Positions 1 through 12,680 of a stretch of DNA of 64,000 bases are shown piece after piece. Each line of letters starts with the position of its first letter. Positions within the stretch are counted from its first letter, which is position 1. Made by a program: the position numbers and the translations under genes. The stretch comes from Felis catus (lineage: Eukaryota): assembly GCF_018350175.1 (NCBI RefSeq), contig NC_058368.1, positions 145,454,001 to 145,518,000 of the forward strand. The letters run 5' to 3'. A model generated the notes under the pieces. That model was not told where the DNA came from and made no database searches. It saw only the letters and a list, made by a program, of their open reading frames with translations.

Positions 1-1118
1 CTTGACACATCTCTGAAGGCAAGGGAAATAAAAGCAAAAATGAACTATTGAGACCTCATCAAGATAAAAATCTTCTGCACTGCAAAGGAAACGATCAGCA
101 AAACTAAAAGGCAACTGATGGAATGGGAGAAGATATTTGCAAATGACATATCAGATAAGGGGTTAGTATCCAAAATCTATAAAGAATTTACCAAACTCAA
201 CACCCAAAAAGAAAATAATCTAATGAAGAAATGGGCAGAAGACATGAATTGACACTTTTCCAAAGAAGACATCCAGATGGCCAACAGATACATGAAAATA
301 TACTCATGACTCATCATCAGGGGAATACAAATCAAAACCACAGTGAGATACCACACCACACAGGTCAGAATGGCTAAAATTTACAACTCAGGCAACAACA
401 GATGTGGTAAAGATGTGGAGAAATGTACACCCACTTACACTGTTGGTGGGAATGCAAACTGGTGCAGCCACTCTGGAAAACAGTGTGGAGGTTCCTCAGA
501 AAATTATAAATAAAAGTACCCTATGACCCAGCAATAGCATTACTAGAAATTTACCCAAGGTTATATAGGAGTGAGTGCTGATTCATAGGAGCACATGTAC
601 CCTGATGTTTATAGCAGTGCTATGAACAATAGGCAAATTATGGAAAGAGCCCAAATGTCCACCAACTCATGAATGGATAAAGAGGATGTGGTTTATATAT
701 ACAATGGAATACTACTTGGCAATGAGAAAGAATAAAATCTTGCCATTTGCAACAACTTGGATGGAAATGGAGGGTATTATGCTAAGAGAAATAAGTCAGA
801 GAAAGATACCATGTTTTCATTCATGTGTGGAAGTTGAGAAACTTAACAGAAGACGATGTGAGAAAGGAAGGGGGAAAAGTAGTTTCAAACAGAGAGGGAG
901 GCAAACCATTTAGAGACTCTTAAATACAGAGAACAAACTGAGGGTTGATGGGGAGGCTGAGAGAGGGGAAAATGGGTGATAGGTATTGAGGAGGGCACTT
1001 TTTGGGATGAGCACTGGGTGTTGTATGTAAGTGAGGAATCATGGGAATCTACTCCTGAAGCCAAGAGCACACTGTATACATTGTATGTTAGCTAACTTGA
1101 CAATAAATTATATTAAAA
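1..1118 (+). mobile_element. L1 (carnivore/felid) 3' portion: end of ORF2 + 3'UTR
   Basis: Degenerate ORF2 C-terminus (MWFIYTMEYY..ILPFATTWMEMEGIML), carnivore L1 3'UTR, AATAAA at 1102; cut by the window start. Confidence 0.92.
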
Positions 1119-1119
1119 T

Positions 1120-1308
1120 TGTTTAAATATTTTATTTATTTTTGAAAGAGAGAGAGTGGGGCAGGGGCAGAGAGAGAGGGAGACAGAGAATCTCAAGCAG
1201 GCTCCATGCTGTCAGTGCATATCCTGACATGGGGCTCAAACCCATGAACTGTGAGATCATGACCTGAGCCAAAATCAAGACTTGGACGCTCAACCAACTG
1301 AGCCACCC
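1120..1308 (-). mobile_element. Can-SINE
   Basis: Reverse-strand tRNA-derived head, (CT)n segment and A-rich tail. Confidence 0.9.
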
Positions 1309-4030
1309 CTTTAAGCAGAATTCTTTATGAAGGTCTCAGTGGTGGCTGTTTCATGTTGAGAATGTCTTTTGTTGTATTTATCCTGTGTAGTCATCTTGGT
1401 TAGGCAGACTGCTCTTGGGACATAATTTCTTTTCTTCAGAACTCTGCGAACACTGGTCACTTGTCCTCTGTTGTTGAAAGTTGCTGTGGAGAAATCTGAT
1501 GCTAGCTTAATTGTTCTTGTTTTTGGACATGATTCTCATTGTTTCTTTTCTTCTCTTTTCTCTTTCCCTTAAAAAACATTTTTGTTATCTTCTATTCAGT
1601 GTTAATGTTATAAGCATGTGGAAAATAATTAAATTGAACCCTTTATATCACAGTATGCCTGAGAATAAAGCCCCAGATGGACTGAACAGTTACACAGTTT
1701 TTAAATGAACCCATATAACTAGTAGATGAAAACACTGGTGACACTGTAATTTTTCTAAGAATGGCCTCAAGATAGAAACCATGAAGAAATGATCTGTAGA
1801 TTTTCCTGCATCAAAAAGAGAAAACAAAACAAAACAAAAAACAATAGCAAAATATGAATAATGTTAAAGGAAAAATTGTAGCAGGTAAAATATTCACAAC
1901 AAATAATGGATGATAAATATTTGCTGTATGTGTATGTGTGTTTTGTTCAAGATAAAATCAACATAATAAAAGGTAAGCATGTAAAGGGTATGTAGAATAT
2001 TTTATAAGTGGAATAATTGATTCAAGAGAAGAGAAGGCTTCTGATTATTTTCCGTAGGCATAAAGTGAACTTTTAACAAATCAGAAAGAAATTTTCCTGT
2101 TTGGAACACAAGATTTTTCATGAGTAGTTACATATATTGCGTTAAATAAACTTAAACATCTCTTTTAAGCTGTGAATTCCATGGGTCTAGGATATTTATG
2201 TCTTATCCTTACTGTTAGATTGTTTTCTCCTTGGCAAGTCCCAGAAAGATGTCTCACCATCTCTCTGCTCTTCATGGTTCATAGCTCAGAACTTTGCATG
2301 TATAGGTCCTGAAGTGAATATTTACTGAATGATAATTGTAATGAGTTTTCTAAAATTGATGATAACCATTATTTTATGAAATATATTTGAGAGGTTTTAA
2401 CATCTTTTGTATAGACACTTTAATGATCATAGATTATTATATATATTTTAAAGTAATTTTTGATAGTCTTATTTGCAGAATTTTGATTAATGCATTTTAT
2501 TACTTTAATTGAAAGATTCATTCTTTTGCAGTATAAGTATATACCTAAGTCTCATTTTGCAAAATTCAGTCTTTGTTCATTTTATCAGATGATCATTTAC
2601 AGAATTGTATTTTTAGACCCTGCCTGATTCCTTATGAATTGCAAAGAATTTTGTTTACCATGTACATGGTTTATTGGACACTAATGCTTTAATTATTGAA
2701 AAACCTTTAAAATGATTTTCATGTGAAATGAAACTGGCATGACAAAACTGGCATGAAAATGCACATTTGCATATATGGTTAAAGGTTAGTGATGTTCATT
2801 TTTGTTATGTTCTTTTATTGATGTAAATTGGGAAACTGAAGGTTTTCTTAAATGAAGGGGCATATTCACAGTGATAGAATGATTTTATAGACTATTTAAC
2901 AGCAAACTTTCTTTGGAGAACCATATGTATAAGTGGTTAGTGATATTAAAATTGGTACCAGCCTTGGGATATCAAATGTATTTATTTTTAACTTTTATGC
3001 AGATCTAGTTATTGAAATGTACATTTCAAGTACATTTCAAGTGTCTTTCAAAGTAATTTTGAATGATTTCCATTTGAAAAGTAAGGAGTTAGGTTTGTTA
3101 GTTATTAACCCAAATATAGTAATATAGTTTACTTTATTGATCTATGATTTTTAAAATTAGGAGTGAGAAAAGTCACAGACGGGGTTTGTTGACATATTGC
3201 AATCCATATGTGTGCTTTTCTGATAAGGAAGGTATAGCATATACCATCCCTCCAGAACATTTAGCACCAGATTTATGATTTTTCTAATTTGGTTTGTAGC
3301 TTGCCAAAGAGCATGTGAGTGCATATTTGATCAGAAGCATATTTTGCCTTGAATCAGATGAAGAATACTTAATGAGTCAGTGCCAAGAAGCATTGCAGAG
3401 AAGATGCCGACTAGCAGACTAAAAGGGCTTTCAAGTGCCTTAATGTGAAATATAATAGAGATAAAGTAATATTACATAAAAAGTAAAGTTTTTAAGTTTT
3501 TCATGCCCCTTCCCTTAATAAAATTCTCCACCATAACTATTGAGAATGATGCTTTACATTTATGTGATGGATTTTGCATTTTTACTGGGGTGAAGACTTA
3601 CTTCCAAGTGTATTATATTCTCTTAGGGGCTGAGAAAGACACTAGTCGTACCTTAGAGGTGCCAGTAGTTCTGCTCTCTCTAGCAGCTCTCTCTGTTCTA
3701 GTGAGTGCTAGAGATTACCAATTAAAATCGTTTTTCTTTTTGGGTGTTCAATAGGAAAAAGAAGTATCTCTTTGTTTTTCATTGTATTTCTTGGTTTATC
3801 AGTGAAGTTAGAAAATTTTTCTGTTTTTTTAGCCATTTGTATTTTTTGCTTTATAAATTGCTTATTCTTGTTCTTCATCCATTTTGATATGAAGGTACTC
3901 ACTTGTGGCTGGTTTGAGATTCTTTATTTGCTAAGGATGTTAGTTAGCACTTGTTGTGTACGTTACAAATATTTTGCCTAGGTTTTGTATTTTAACTTGG
4001 TTTGCAATGTTTTTTTTGGCATAGATAATT

Positions 4031-4250
4031 TAAAATTTATTTTGATGTTTATTTTATTTTTGAGAGAGACAGAGAGACAGAGCGTGAGTGGGGAGGGGCA
4101 GAGAAAGAGAGGAAGACACAGAATCCGAAGCAGGCTCCAGGCTCTGAGCTGTCAGCACAGAGCCCGACATGGGGCTCGAACTCATAAACCATGAGATCTT
4201 GACCTGGGCTGAAGTCAGACGCTTAATGGATTCAGCCATCCAGTCACCCC
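4031..4250 (-). mobile_element. Can-SINE (felid type) with 14-bp TSD
   Basis: TSD TGGCATAGATAATT at 4017-4030 and 4251-4264. Confidence 0.93.
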
Positions 4251-4787
4251 TGGCATAGATAATTGAAAAAGTATAGTCAAATCTAGTAATCTTTTTAGTC
4301 TAAGATTTCTATCTTTTTTAAGATTTGAAAGGCCTATACTAACCCTACATAATAAGAAATTTTCTTTTGAGACTGTGATGTAGGAGGGAATAATCAGGCA
4401 AAGCCTTTATATTCCTTAGTTTAAATAAATTATAAGGGATTACCTTTGTTAGAAATTGTGATTTTTATTTATAATGCCTAATTTACATATATCCCATGTA
4501 TATGACAAGCCATTTTACCTCAGCCTGGGGAGGGCTTTTCCCAAATAAGACATCTTCCAACATTCTGCTTTCCTTGTTTCTACTTTTTCACTGTGGAAGA
4601 AGGGGAGAAAGGAGAGGGATACATGTTTCCAATGACACTGTCTTTTCTCCCCCTTGCAGAGCACTTTTACAAACTGAAATTACATTATACACAATTATTA
4701 GGTTTCCAGGCTAGTCCACAATAGCAATCAATAATAGTTTTTTTCCTCCTGTTCATTGTATAAAATTTAAGCCATTAAAAATAAAAA

Positions 4788-4997
4788 TTTAACATTTATT
4801 TTTGAGAGACAGAGAATGACAGAGCATGAGTGGGGGAAGGACAGAGAGAGAGAGAGAGGGACACACAGAATCCAAAGCAGGCTCCAGGCTCTGAGCTGTC
4901 AGCACAGAGCCTGACGCGGGGCTTGAACCCACGGACTGTGAGATCATGACCTCAGCTGAAGGCGGATGCCCAACCCACTGAGCCACCCAGGTGCCCC
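4788..4997 (-). mobile_element. Can-SINE (felid type)
   Basis: Typical body GGCTCCAGGCTCTGAGCTGTCAGCACAGAGCC, ends GGTGCCCC. Confidence 0.92.
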
Positions 4998-5004
4998 TCA
5001 ACCA

Positions 5005-5248
5005 TTTTTTAAAGTTAATTTTTTTTATTTTGAGAGAAAGAGAGTGTACAAGCAAGCAGGGGAGGAGGAGGAGGAAGAAGAGGAGGAGGAGGAGGAGAGA
5101 GAGAGAGAGAGAGAGAGAGAATTCCAAGCAGGCTTTGTGCTGTCAGTGCAGAGCCCCACATGGGGCTCAATCCCACGAACTGCAACATCACGACCTGACT
5201 AGTAATCAAGAATCAGACACTTAACTGACCACACCACCCAGGTGTCCC
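5005..5248 (-). mobile_element. Can-SINE with expanded (GAG)n/(GA)n tract
   Basis: SINE body plus GGA/GA microsatellite at about 5060-5120. Confidence 0.9.
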
Positions 5249-5529
5249 AACCATGTTTTGAGTTAATTGAGATTTTAACAGTAGCCTGGAACCTGAACAA
5301 AATAATTTAAAATTCAAAAGAAGTTACAAGTGAACTTTGGAGGCATAGCCCAATTGTAGGTTATTTTGTGGTAGTCAGTCTTTTTGAGAAGCCACATCTA
5401 AGGACCCTGGACCAGAAATGGTCTAGTTGGTCTTAAATGACTCTAATGAGCCCTCAATAATTCTGCACATTAGGTTTATATTGAGACTTGTTTTCTAAGT
5501 TCTGTGAAGTGAAAGTATCTTTAGATACT

Positions 5530-5780
5530 AGTGCAGCATAACCCAATCGAATTTCCTGCAGTGATGTAAAATGGATATCATATGACTATTCACTTACTAA
5601 TGGGGGAAATATTCTGTAGCTTGGTCATTCAGTATGGTAGCTCCTAGCTACATGTGGCTATTGAGCACTTGAAATGTGGCTAGTATGACTGAGAAACTGA
5701 ATTTTTAATATTACATGATTTTAGTTGATTTAAGTAACCACGGGTAGCTAGTGCTATTATTTTGAACAGCATAGATCTAG
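5530..5780 (+). mobile_element. MER3-like hAT-Charlie non-autonomous DNA transposon
   Basis: CTAGCTACATGTGGCTATTGAGCACTTGAAATGTGGCTAGT core of MER3/MER33; ~40-bp extra segment near 5568-5605. Confidence 0.75.
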
Positions 5781-5838
5781 AGATTTTTGATGAGTGAAGT
5801 CCTCAATTTCATAACAAATCACAGATAAATCTGTGATT

Positions 5839-5995
5839 CTATACTATTCTATATATTCTATTCTATACTATACTATATATATATAGTATACTATACTATA
5901 TAGTATATATTCTATACTATACTATATAGTATATACTATACTATACTATATACTATACTATATACTATATATTCTATTCTATACTATTCTATATA
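5839..5995. repeat. Low-complexity (TATAC/TATTC)n pentamer array
   Basis: Directly visible degenerate 5-mer repeat. Confidence 0.9.
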
Positions 5996-6136
5996 GGAAT
6001 AGAAAGCCTATTAGAGGCTTTCTCCCTTACTGTCTAATAGAAAATGTTATAGAATGTGTAGCTCTTAGTTGGATCCTATTTAGGAAAAACAAACTATAAA
6101 AAATTTTAAAGAAAAGTTTTAGACAATCCATGATTT

Positions 6137-7129
6137 CATTTTTAAATTGACTATGGTTGATACACAATATTGCATTAGTTTTAGGTGTACAACATAGCAA
6201 TTTGACAAGTTCATACATTGTGCTGTGCCTGCCTCAGTTGTAGCTACCATCTATCACCACATAAGCCTATTACAGTGTCATTGATGTATACCCTATGCTG
6301 TACCTTTTATTCCTGTTACTTATTCATTTGGAAAGTGGAAATCTGTATCTCCCTCTCCCCTGCATCCATTTTGCCCACTAACCCCCTCCTCTCTGGTAAC
6401 CATCAATCTAATTCTGCTTTTTGTTTGTTTGTTCATTTGTTTTATTAGATTCCACATATGGATGAAATTATACAGTATTTGTCTTCTTCAGGCTGACTTA
6501 TTTCACTTAGCATAATACCCTTTAGGTTCATCCTTGTTATTGTACCTAGCACGATCTCATCCTTTTGTATGGCTGTCTAATATGCCAGTGTGTGTGTGTG
6601 TGTGTGTGTGCACGCGCACGCGTGCACGTGCGCGCACGCACGTGTGCCTAACATCTTTCTTATCCATTTGTCTATTGATGGACACTTGGGTTATTTCCTT
6701 GTCTTGGCTATCATAAATAATGCTGCAATAAACATGGGAGTGCATTTATCTTTTCAAATGTGTGTTTTCATTTTTGGGGGGATAAATACCCAGCAGTGTA
6801 ATTATTATATCATGTGGTGTTTCTATTTTTTAATTTTTTGAGGAACCTCCATACTATTTTCACAGAGGCAGTACCAGTTTACATTCCCACCAATAGTGTA
6901 CAAGGGCTCCTTTTTCTCCACATCTCACCAGCACTTGTTATTTCTTGTCTTTTTTATTTTAGCCATTCTGACAGGTGTAAAGTGGTATCTCATTGTGGTT
7001 TTGATTTGCATTTCCCTGATGATTAATGATGTTGAATACCTTTTCATGTGTCTGTTGGCCATCTTTGGAAAAATGTCTGTTCAGGCCCTCTGACCATTTT
7101 TTAATTGAATTGTTTGAATTTTTGGTGTT
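6137..7129 (-). mobile_element. Older L1 3' end (L1MA/early carnivore type), 5'-truncated
   Basis: Reverse-strand L1 3'UTR and ORF2 end (CATTCTGACAGGTGTAAAGTGGTATCTCATTGTGG); contains a (TG)n/(CGCA) tract at 6588-6646. Confidence 0.85.
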
Positions 7130-7140
7130 CAATCTAGGAA

Positions 7141-7507
7141 TTTTTTTTTAAATTTTTATTTAAGTTCTAGTTAACAAACAGTGCAATATTGGTTTCAGGA
7201 GTAGAATTCAGTGATTCATCACTTACAAACAACACCCATTGCTCATCATAACAAGTGCTTTCCTAATACCCATCATTTATCTAGCCCATCCCCTACCTGC
7301 CTCCCTCCATCAATGCTGTTGTCTTCTGTCTTTAAGAGTCTCTAGGGATTCCTGGGTGGCTCAGTTGGTTTGGCGTCCGACTTTGGCTCAGGTCATGATC
7401 TCATGGCTCATGGGTTCGAGCCCTGCGTCAGGCTCTGTGCTGACAGTACAAGCCTGAAGTCTGCTCCGGATTCTGTCTCCATTTCTCTCTGCCCCTCCCA
7501 CATTTAT

Positions 7508-7551
<44 letters not shown>

Positions 7552-8406
7552 CCCAAAATAAATAAACATTAAAAAATATTTAAAAAGTCTTTTATGGTTT
7601 GTTTCCCTCTCTCTTTTTTTCTTCCCCCCTCCCAAATGTTTATCTGTTTTGTTTCTTAAATTCTACATATTAGTGAAATCATATGGTATTTATCTTTCTC
7701 TGACTGACTTATTTCACTTAGCGTAACACACTCTAGCTCCATCCACATCATTGCAATGGCAAGATTTCATTCTTTTGGATCGCTGAGTAATACTCCATTA
7801 TATATATATAACACATCTTCTTTATTCATTTATCCGTCAGTGGACACTTCGGCTCTTTCCATGGTTTGGCTATTGTTGATAATGCTGCTATAAACATTGG
7901 GGTGCATGTATCCCTTTGAATGTATATTTTTTATCCTTTGGGTAAATACCGAGTGGTGCAATTGCTGGGTTGTAGGGTAGTTCTATTTTTAGTTTCTTGA
8001 GGAAGCTCCACACTGTTTTCCAGAGTGGCTGCACCAGTTTGCATTCTCACCAACAGTACAAGAGGATTACCCTTTCTCCACATCCTTGCCAACAACTCTT
8101 TTTTATTGTGTTGTTAATTTTAGCCATTCTGACAGGTGTGAGCTGGAATCTCATCGTAGTTTTGATTTGCATTTCTCTGATGATAAGTGATGTTGAACAT
8201 CTTTTCATGTGTCTATTAGCCATCTGAATGTCTTCTTTGCAAAAATGTCTATTCATGTCTTCTGCTTATTTCTTCACTAGATTATTTGTTTTTTGGAGGG
8301 TGTTGAGTTTGGTAAGTTCTTTATAGATTTTGGATACTAACCCTTTATCTGATATGTCATTTACAAATATCTTCTCCCATTCCATAGGCTGCCTTTTAGT
8401 TTTTTG
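7141..8406 (-). mobile_element. Carnivore L1 3' end, 5'-truncated, interrupted by a SINE
   Basis: ORF2 C-terminal peptide [42 protein letters not shown](C/T)TAGGAA at 7131-7140 and 8409-8418. Confidence 0.9.
7345..7580 (+). mobile_element. Can-SINE nested in L1
   Basis: GGGATTCCTGGGTGGCTCAG head, (CT)n, AATAAA tail. Confidence 0.92.
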
Positions 8407-9347
8407 TGAATTTAGGAAATTTAAACGTAGCTTGGCATTAGGTGATTTTATGGAATTAGTGTTAACTTTGTTAGATGTGATAATAACAGTTGATTTGTGT
8501 TATTAATATACAAAAATGAAATTTTCAGATAAACAATGAGACCTAGAGTTTGCTTTAGGGGAAAAAAGTATTGTTGGGGGAGTAGATGAGACAAGATTGG
8601 CCAGTGTTCATAGTTCTACAGATGGCTTAAGGACATTTTACTGGTTTTATACTTTTGTATATGATAAAAAGTTTTCATAGTAAGTTGTATTGAATAGGGA
8701 GAACTCTTTGTATGTCATATAGTTCAACATTTTGTCCAGGTTCATGTCCTCAGCCATTAAAGGCAGAGTAAGGATTCAAATCTGTCCTTCAGCTCTGAGT
8801 TCTATTGATTTTCTATTACATCACACTGCATCATATTTTAGATATATGGTTCTCCATCCCACCTACTCTGTGACCCTTGACAAGTTATCTTGCACATTTC
8901 CCTCTTGGGTAGGTAAGGCCAAATTTAGTCATAGAGCTGGTCACATAGATCAGGAGAGGGTAGAGTCTTTCATGGCAAATTGGATCAGGTTGGGATGTTA
9001 CTGGATCCAGATCTGAAGGCCAAGTACAGACACTAGTTTGGGACGGAAATCAGAGGAGCAGTAGCAGTTGCAGATCCAGGAGAGGAATAAGCAAGGTCAG
9101 ACTCCCTAAGAGACTTGGAATGGGTACAAGATGGGACCAGGCAAAAGTCTGAGAGCATAACATGTACAAAAAGTAAGGGTGCTGACTGATAATTCTTGCT
9201 GGTACACGGCTGTGTAGTTTAAAGGCAGGTTTGCTAACTTGGCATATAGCCAGATTGATATTCTTCATTGTAAAATGCCTGTTCCACTCTACCTGATAGT
9301 CTGTATTTATTTAATATAAAATAATTGTAATAGTATGGAATCCAGCA

Positions 9348-9574
9348 GGGGTGCCTGGGTGGCTCAGTCGGTTAAGTGTCCGACTTTGGCTTAACCGACT
9401 TTGGCTCAGGTCATGATCTCACGGTTCGTGGTTTTGAGCCCCACGTCGGGCTCTGTGCTGACAGCTCAGAGCCTGCAGCCTGCTTCAGATTCTGTCTCTG
9501 GCTCTCTCTTCCCCTCCCTGGCTTGTGCTCTCTCTGTCTCTAAAATAAATAAACATTAAAAAAATTAAAAAAAA
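9348..9574 (+). mobile_element. Can-SINE (felid type)
   Basis: GGGGTGCCTGGGTGGCTCAGTCGGTTAAG head; TSD AATA(G/A)TATGGAATC. Confidence 0.93.
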
Positions 9575-10694
9575 ATAATATGGAATCTATCTAGAAGGTA
9601 CTGTTGAGGTCATCTAATCCAACCCATTTATTTCTAAGTATTATCAAATTCATATTGCATTTCTAAAGGGTAGTTGGCATTGAATTATGTGCCATAAAGA
9701 TTATAAAATTTCAGTTGTGTATGTTTGCAAGAAGATTTTGAGATAAGTAAATAGTAGTTATGATTATTCAAGTGATGCAGATATTTGGTTAAAATTGGTT
9801 ATTCGTTAAAGTAGAGAAGAATAATTTTATTTATTTATAAAATAAAATTTGTTTTATGAAATATAATTTATGAATTGTATTTACACTTATGCTTCTAGTC
9901 TCAGGGCTAATGGTAAGCAAGGATTTCTCTTATCAGTAAATGAATAGCCACATAGTATACATTTTATATGTGTATTGCAAGTGTTTGTGTTTTATATTTC
10001 ATGCCAGGAATGTTGAGGGGGAGGGTGGCTTCAGCAACTAAGCCATTAATGCTTAGGAATAAACCAGTGAGCGGAATGTGTGTTATATCATTGCCTCACT
10101 AGGATATAACTATTTAAAAGCAAAGCAAAACAAGGCATTATTGAACGGCAGCGTATTGACATTGTGATAATTTTCTAACTGTATTTACTTGCACCTTTCT
10201 TGAGTTATGTGAACATTTCTTTTTGAGTCTCACTTCTGAATTCTTTAGTTAAAGCCAAGAAAAAGTATTTTTTCTCTCCTCTAATCCACACTATTCTATA
10301 ATCAAGAGCAACAAGCTTCTAAAGTCAATTTCTAAGTTTAATAGATATTTGTACTTATTAGGTACCATTAAATTAGGACTACTGTACTCATTTATTTGTT
10401 CACTAATAACTTCATTATATTTATTCATTAATTTAACAAACTTACTGTGTCTTCCCATTGAGGATGAAAGGATGAATAAAACATAGCCCCTTCCCTCATG
10501 TTGCTAATATTTTACCTGAGTTAACAGACCTGTAAGCAAGTAATTGTGATCGAGTGTGCTGATTGTCATAATGGCAGCAAATACAAAGGAATCTGGGAGC
10601 CTTGTGGAGAAAAGGATTAGCTAGGGAACAGAATGGGGTTGGGTGACAGATGGTTTTCACGGAGAGGAATCTTGAAGAACAAATTGCCAATAGT

Positions 10695-10909
10695 GCGGTG
10701 CCTGGGGGGTCCAGTCGGTTAAGTGTCCCACTCTTGACTTCGGCTCAGGTCATGATCTTGTGTTTGGTGAGGTCGAGCCCCACAGTCTCGCAGTTGGTGA
10801 CTGCAGAGCCTATTCTCTCTCTCCCCGTCTCTCTGCCTACCTCCACCCCCCACCCTGCTCACGTGTGTGTGTGTGCTCTCTTCTCAAAATAAATAAACAT
10901 TAAAAAAAT
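10695..10909 (+). mobile_element. Can-SINE
   Basis: SINE head and tail; TSD AAATTGCCAATA at 10681-10692 and 10910-10921. Confidence 0.9.
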
Positions 10910-11140
10910 AAATTGCCAATATTAATATTGGCAACTGTGTGAATCAGATTTTACAAAATCCATTGATGTCATCTACCTTTGGCTTTGAACTTACCACTTT
11001 TGGTTTCATTTTCCTATTGTCTGCCTTAGATACTTTTTCTTCTACAATGTTTGATGTCTGTCCAGTCTGGTTTTATTGTTCGTATCCTGGTTGACATCAT
11101 ATTCATTTTAGATAACTGACCTGACTTTGAGCTTTGAGTC

Positions 11141-11352
11141 TTTTTTTTAAGGCTATTTATTTATTTTGAGAGAGACTGAGTCAGCATGAGTGGGGGAGGG
11201 GTAAAGAGTGAGGGAGAGAGAGAATCCCAAGCAGGCTCCACCCTGTCAGCGCAGAGCCCGGTGCAGGGCTCAAAATCATGAAACCATGAGATCATGACCT
11301 GAGCTGATGTCAAGAGTCAGGTGCTCAACTGACTGAGCCACCCAGGTGCCCC
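11141..11352 (-). mobile_element. Can-SINE
   Basis: Reverse-strand body ending CACCCAGGTGCCCC. Confidence 0.9.
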
Positions 11353-11559
11353 ACTGAGCTGTCTACTCTTAATCTGGCCTGGTACTCTCAAAGTACATGA
11401 CTTTTGGTAACTATCTCCCTCCTTGACCTCTTGCATCAAGAAAAGGGAATTTTACTCATATGATTTTGCCAGGATTCTAAAGGCAGGAATCCAGTGTCTT
11501 CCAGCCGATTTTATTTTTCACAGATCGAGTATTTGAAAAAGAAGTTCTAAGAGAATGCA

Positions 11560-12680
11560 GGTGCGATATGGCTAGAGACCAGGGTATGAGGGATTGAGAA
11601 AGATGTAATAAGTTTGGAAAGGCAGATGAAGGCTGGACATTGAGAATCACGAAAACCACGGATCTGGGGCTTTAATCTTCATGCTAAATAGGACCCATAA
11701 ATGGTTTTCAGGAGGATTGTGACACCATCATAGTTATAATGTGTAAAGATAACAGTGTCATTACCAGAACAGAAAGAGGAGAGGTTGCAGTCAGGGAGAC
11801 CAGTTAAAGGAAAGAGATGATGAAGCTTGAATTGAGCAAGATAGTAATGGTGGAGAGGAAGGTATAAATCAGATGGATTTCAGGGAGGGAACTAATAAGA
11901 TCTGGGTACTAATTAGAAATTGAGTTTGAAGGAAAGAAAACTATTGAAGAAATTTTTGAGTTTTCTGTTTTGGGTGATTGGGCAGGTTATCTTTTTCCTT
12001 GTAATTACAAGTATAATTAATGGAAAAAATTAATTATACTTGTAATTATTTAATGGCTGTTTTCTCCATTAGACTAATCTCCATGAGGGCAGGGACTTTG
12101 TCTTTCATGCTTGTATCTACATTCCCCAGCACCTGGCATAGTGTCTGGTTATAGTAATAGACTCAATTAATAGTTGTTGACCAGCTGACCAGTTTCATGA
12201 ATTCAGTAAATTTTTATTTTCAAATTTAAATTCTTCTGAATGCCAGACATGCTTGTAGATGAATTTTGACACCTTTAACTAAGACGTGAAAGATATGAGG
12301 ATGAGCAGTTTCAGTGAAAAGATAATGGGTTGTATTTTGGACACACTGAACTGAGATGCCATGGGACATCCAGTTGGAGATGTGCATTTATCTAAACTTC
12401 AAAAGAGTGATCTTGGTAGGAGATTCATATCTGGATATAAAAAAACCTGAAGTCATGGAATGTTTGAGATTAATAGAAAGAGTAATAAGTAAAGTGAAGC
12501 ATACTAATGTCTGGAGACAGAAATCTGGGGGAAAGAAATATTTAAAATATAAGTAGAGAAAAAAAAGAGTTAACTAAAGCAAGTGAGAAGGATGTCCATA
12601 GTTTTAGGAGAAAAGTCAGGGGGTAGGGTTGTCATTAAAGGGAAGAGAGGGGAGAGTTTCAAGGAGGCATATGTCTTGGG
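11560..12680. mobile_element. Degraded L2 fragments (including an L2 3' end at about 12030-12180)
   Basis: CTCCATGAGGGCAGGGACTTTGTC...CCCCAGCACCTGGCATAGTGTCTGG is typical of L2 3' ends; purine-rich flanks are L2-like. Confidence 0.6.

Noticed and set aside
4789..5224. Overlapping ORFs with poly-E, poly-R or poly-L tracts
   Set aside because: They are translations of SINE-associated microsatellites.
5568..5605. Extra ~40 bp in the MER3-like element as another templated insertion
   Set aside because: No convincing donor was found in the window, only a weak AT-rich resemblance near 9745-9770.
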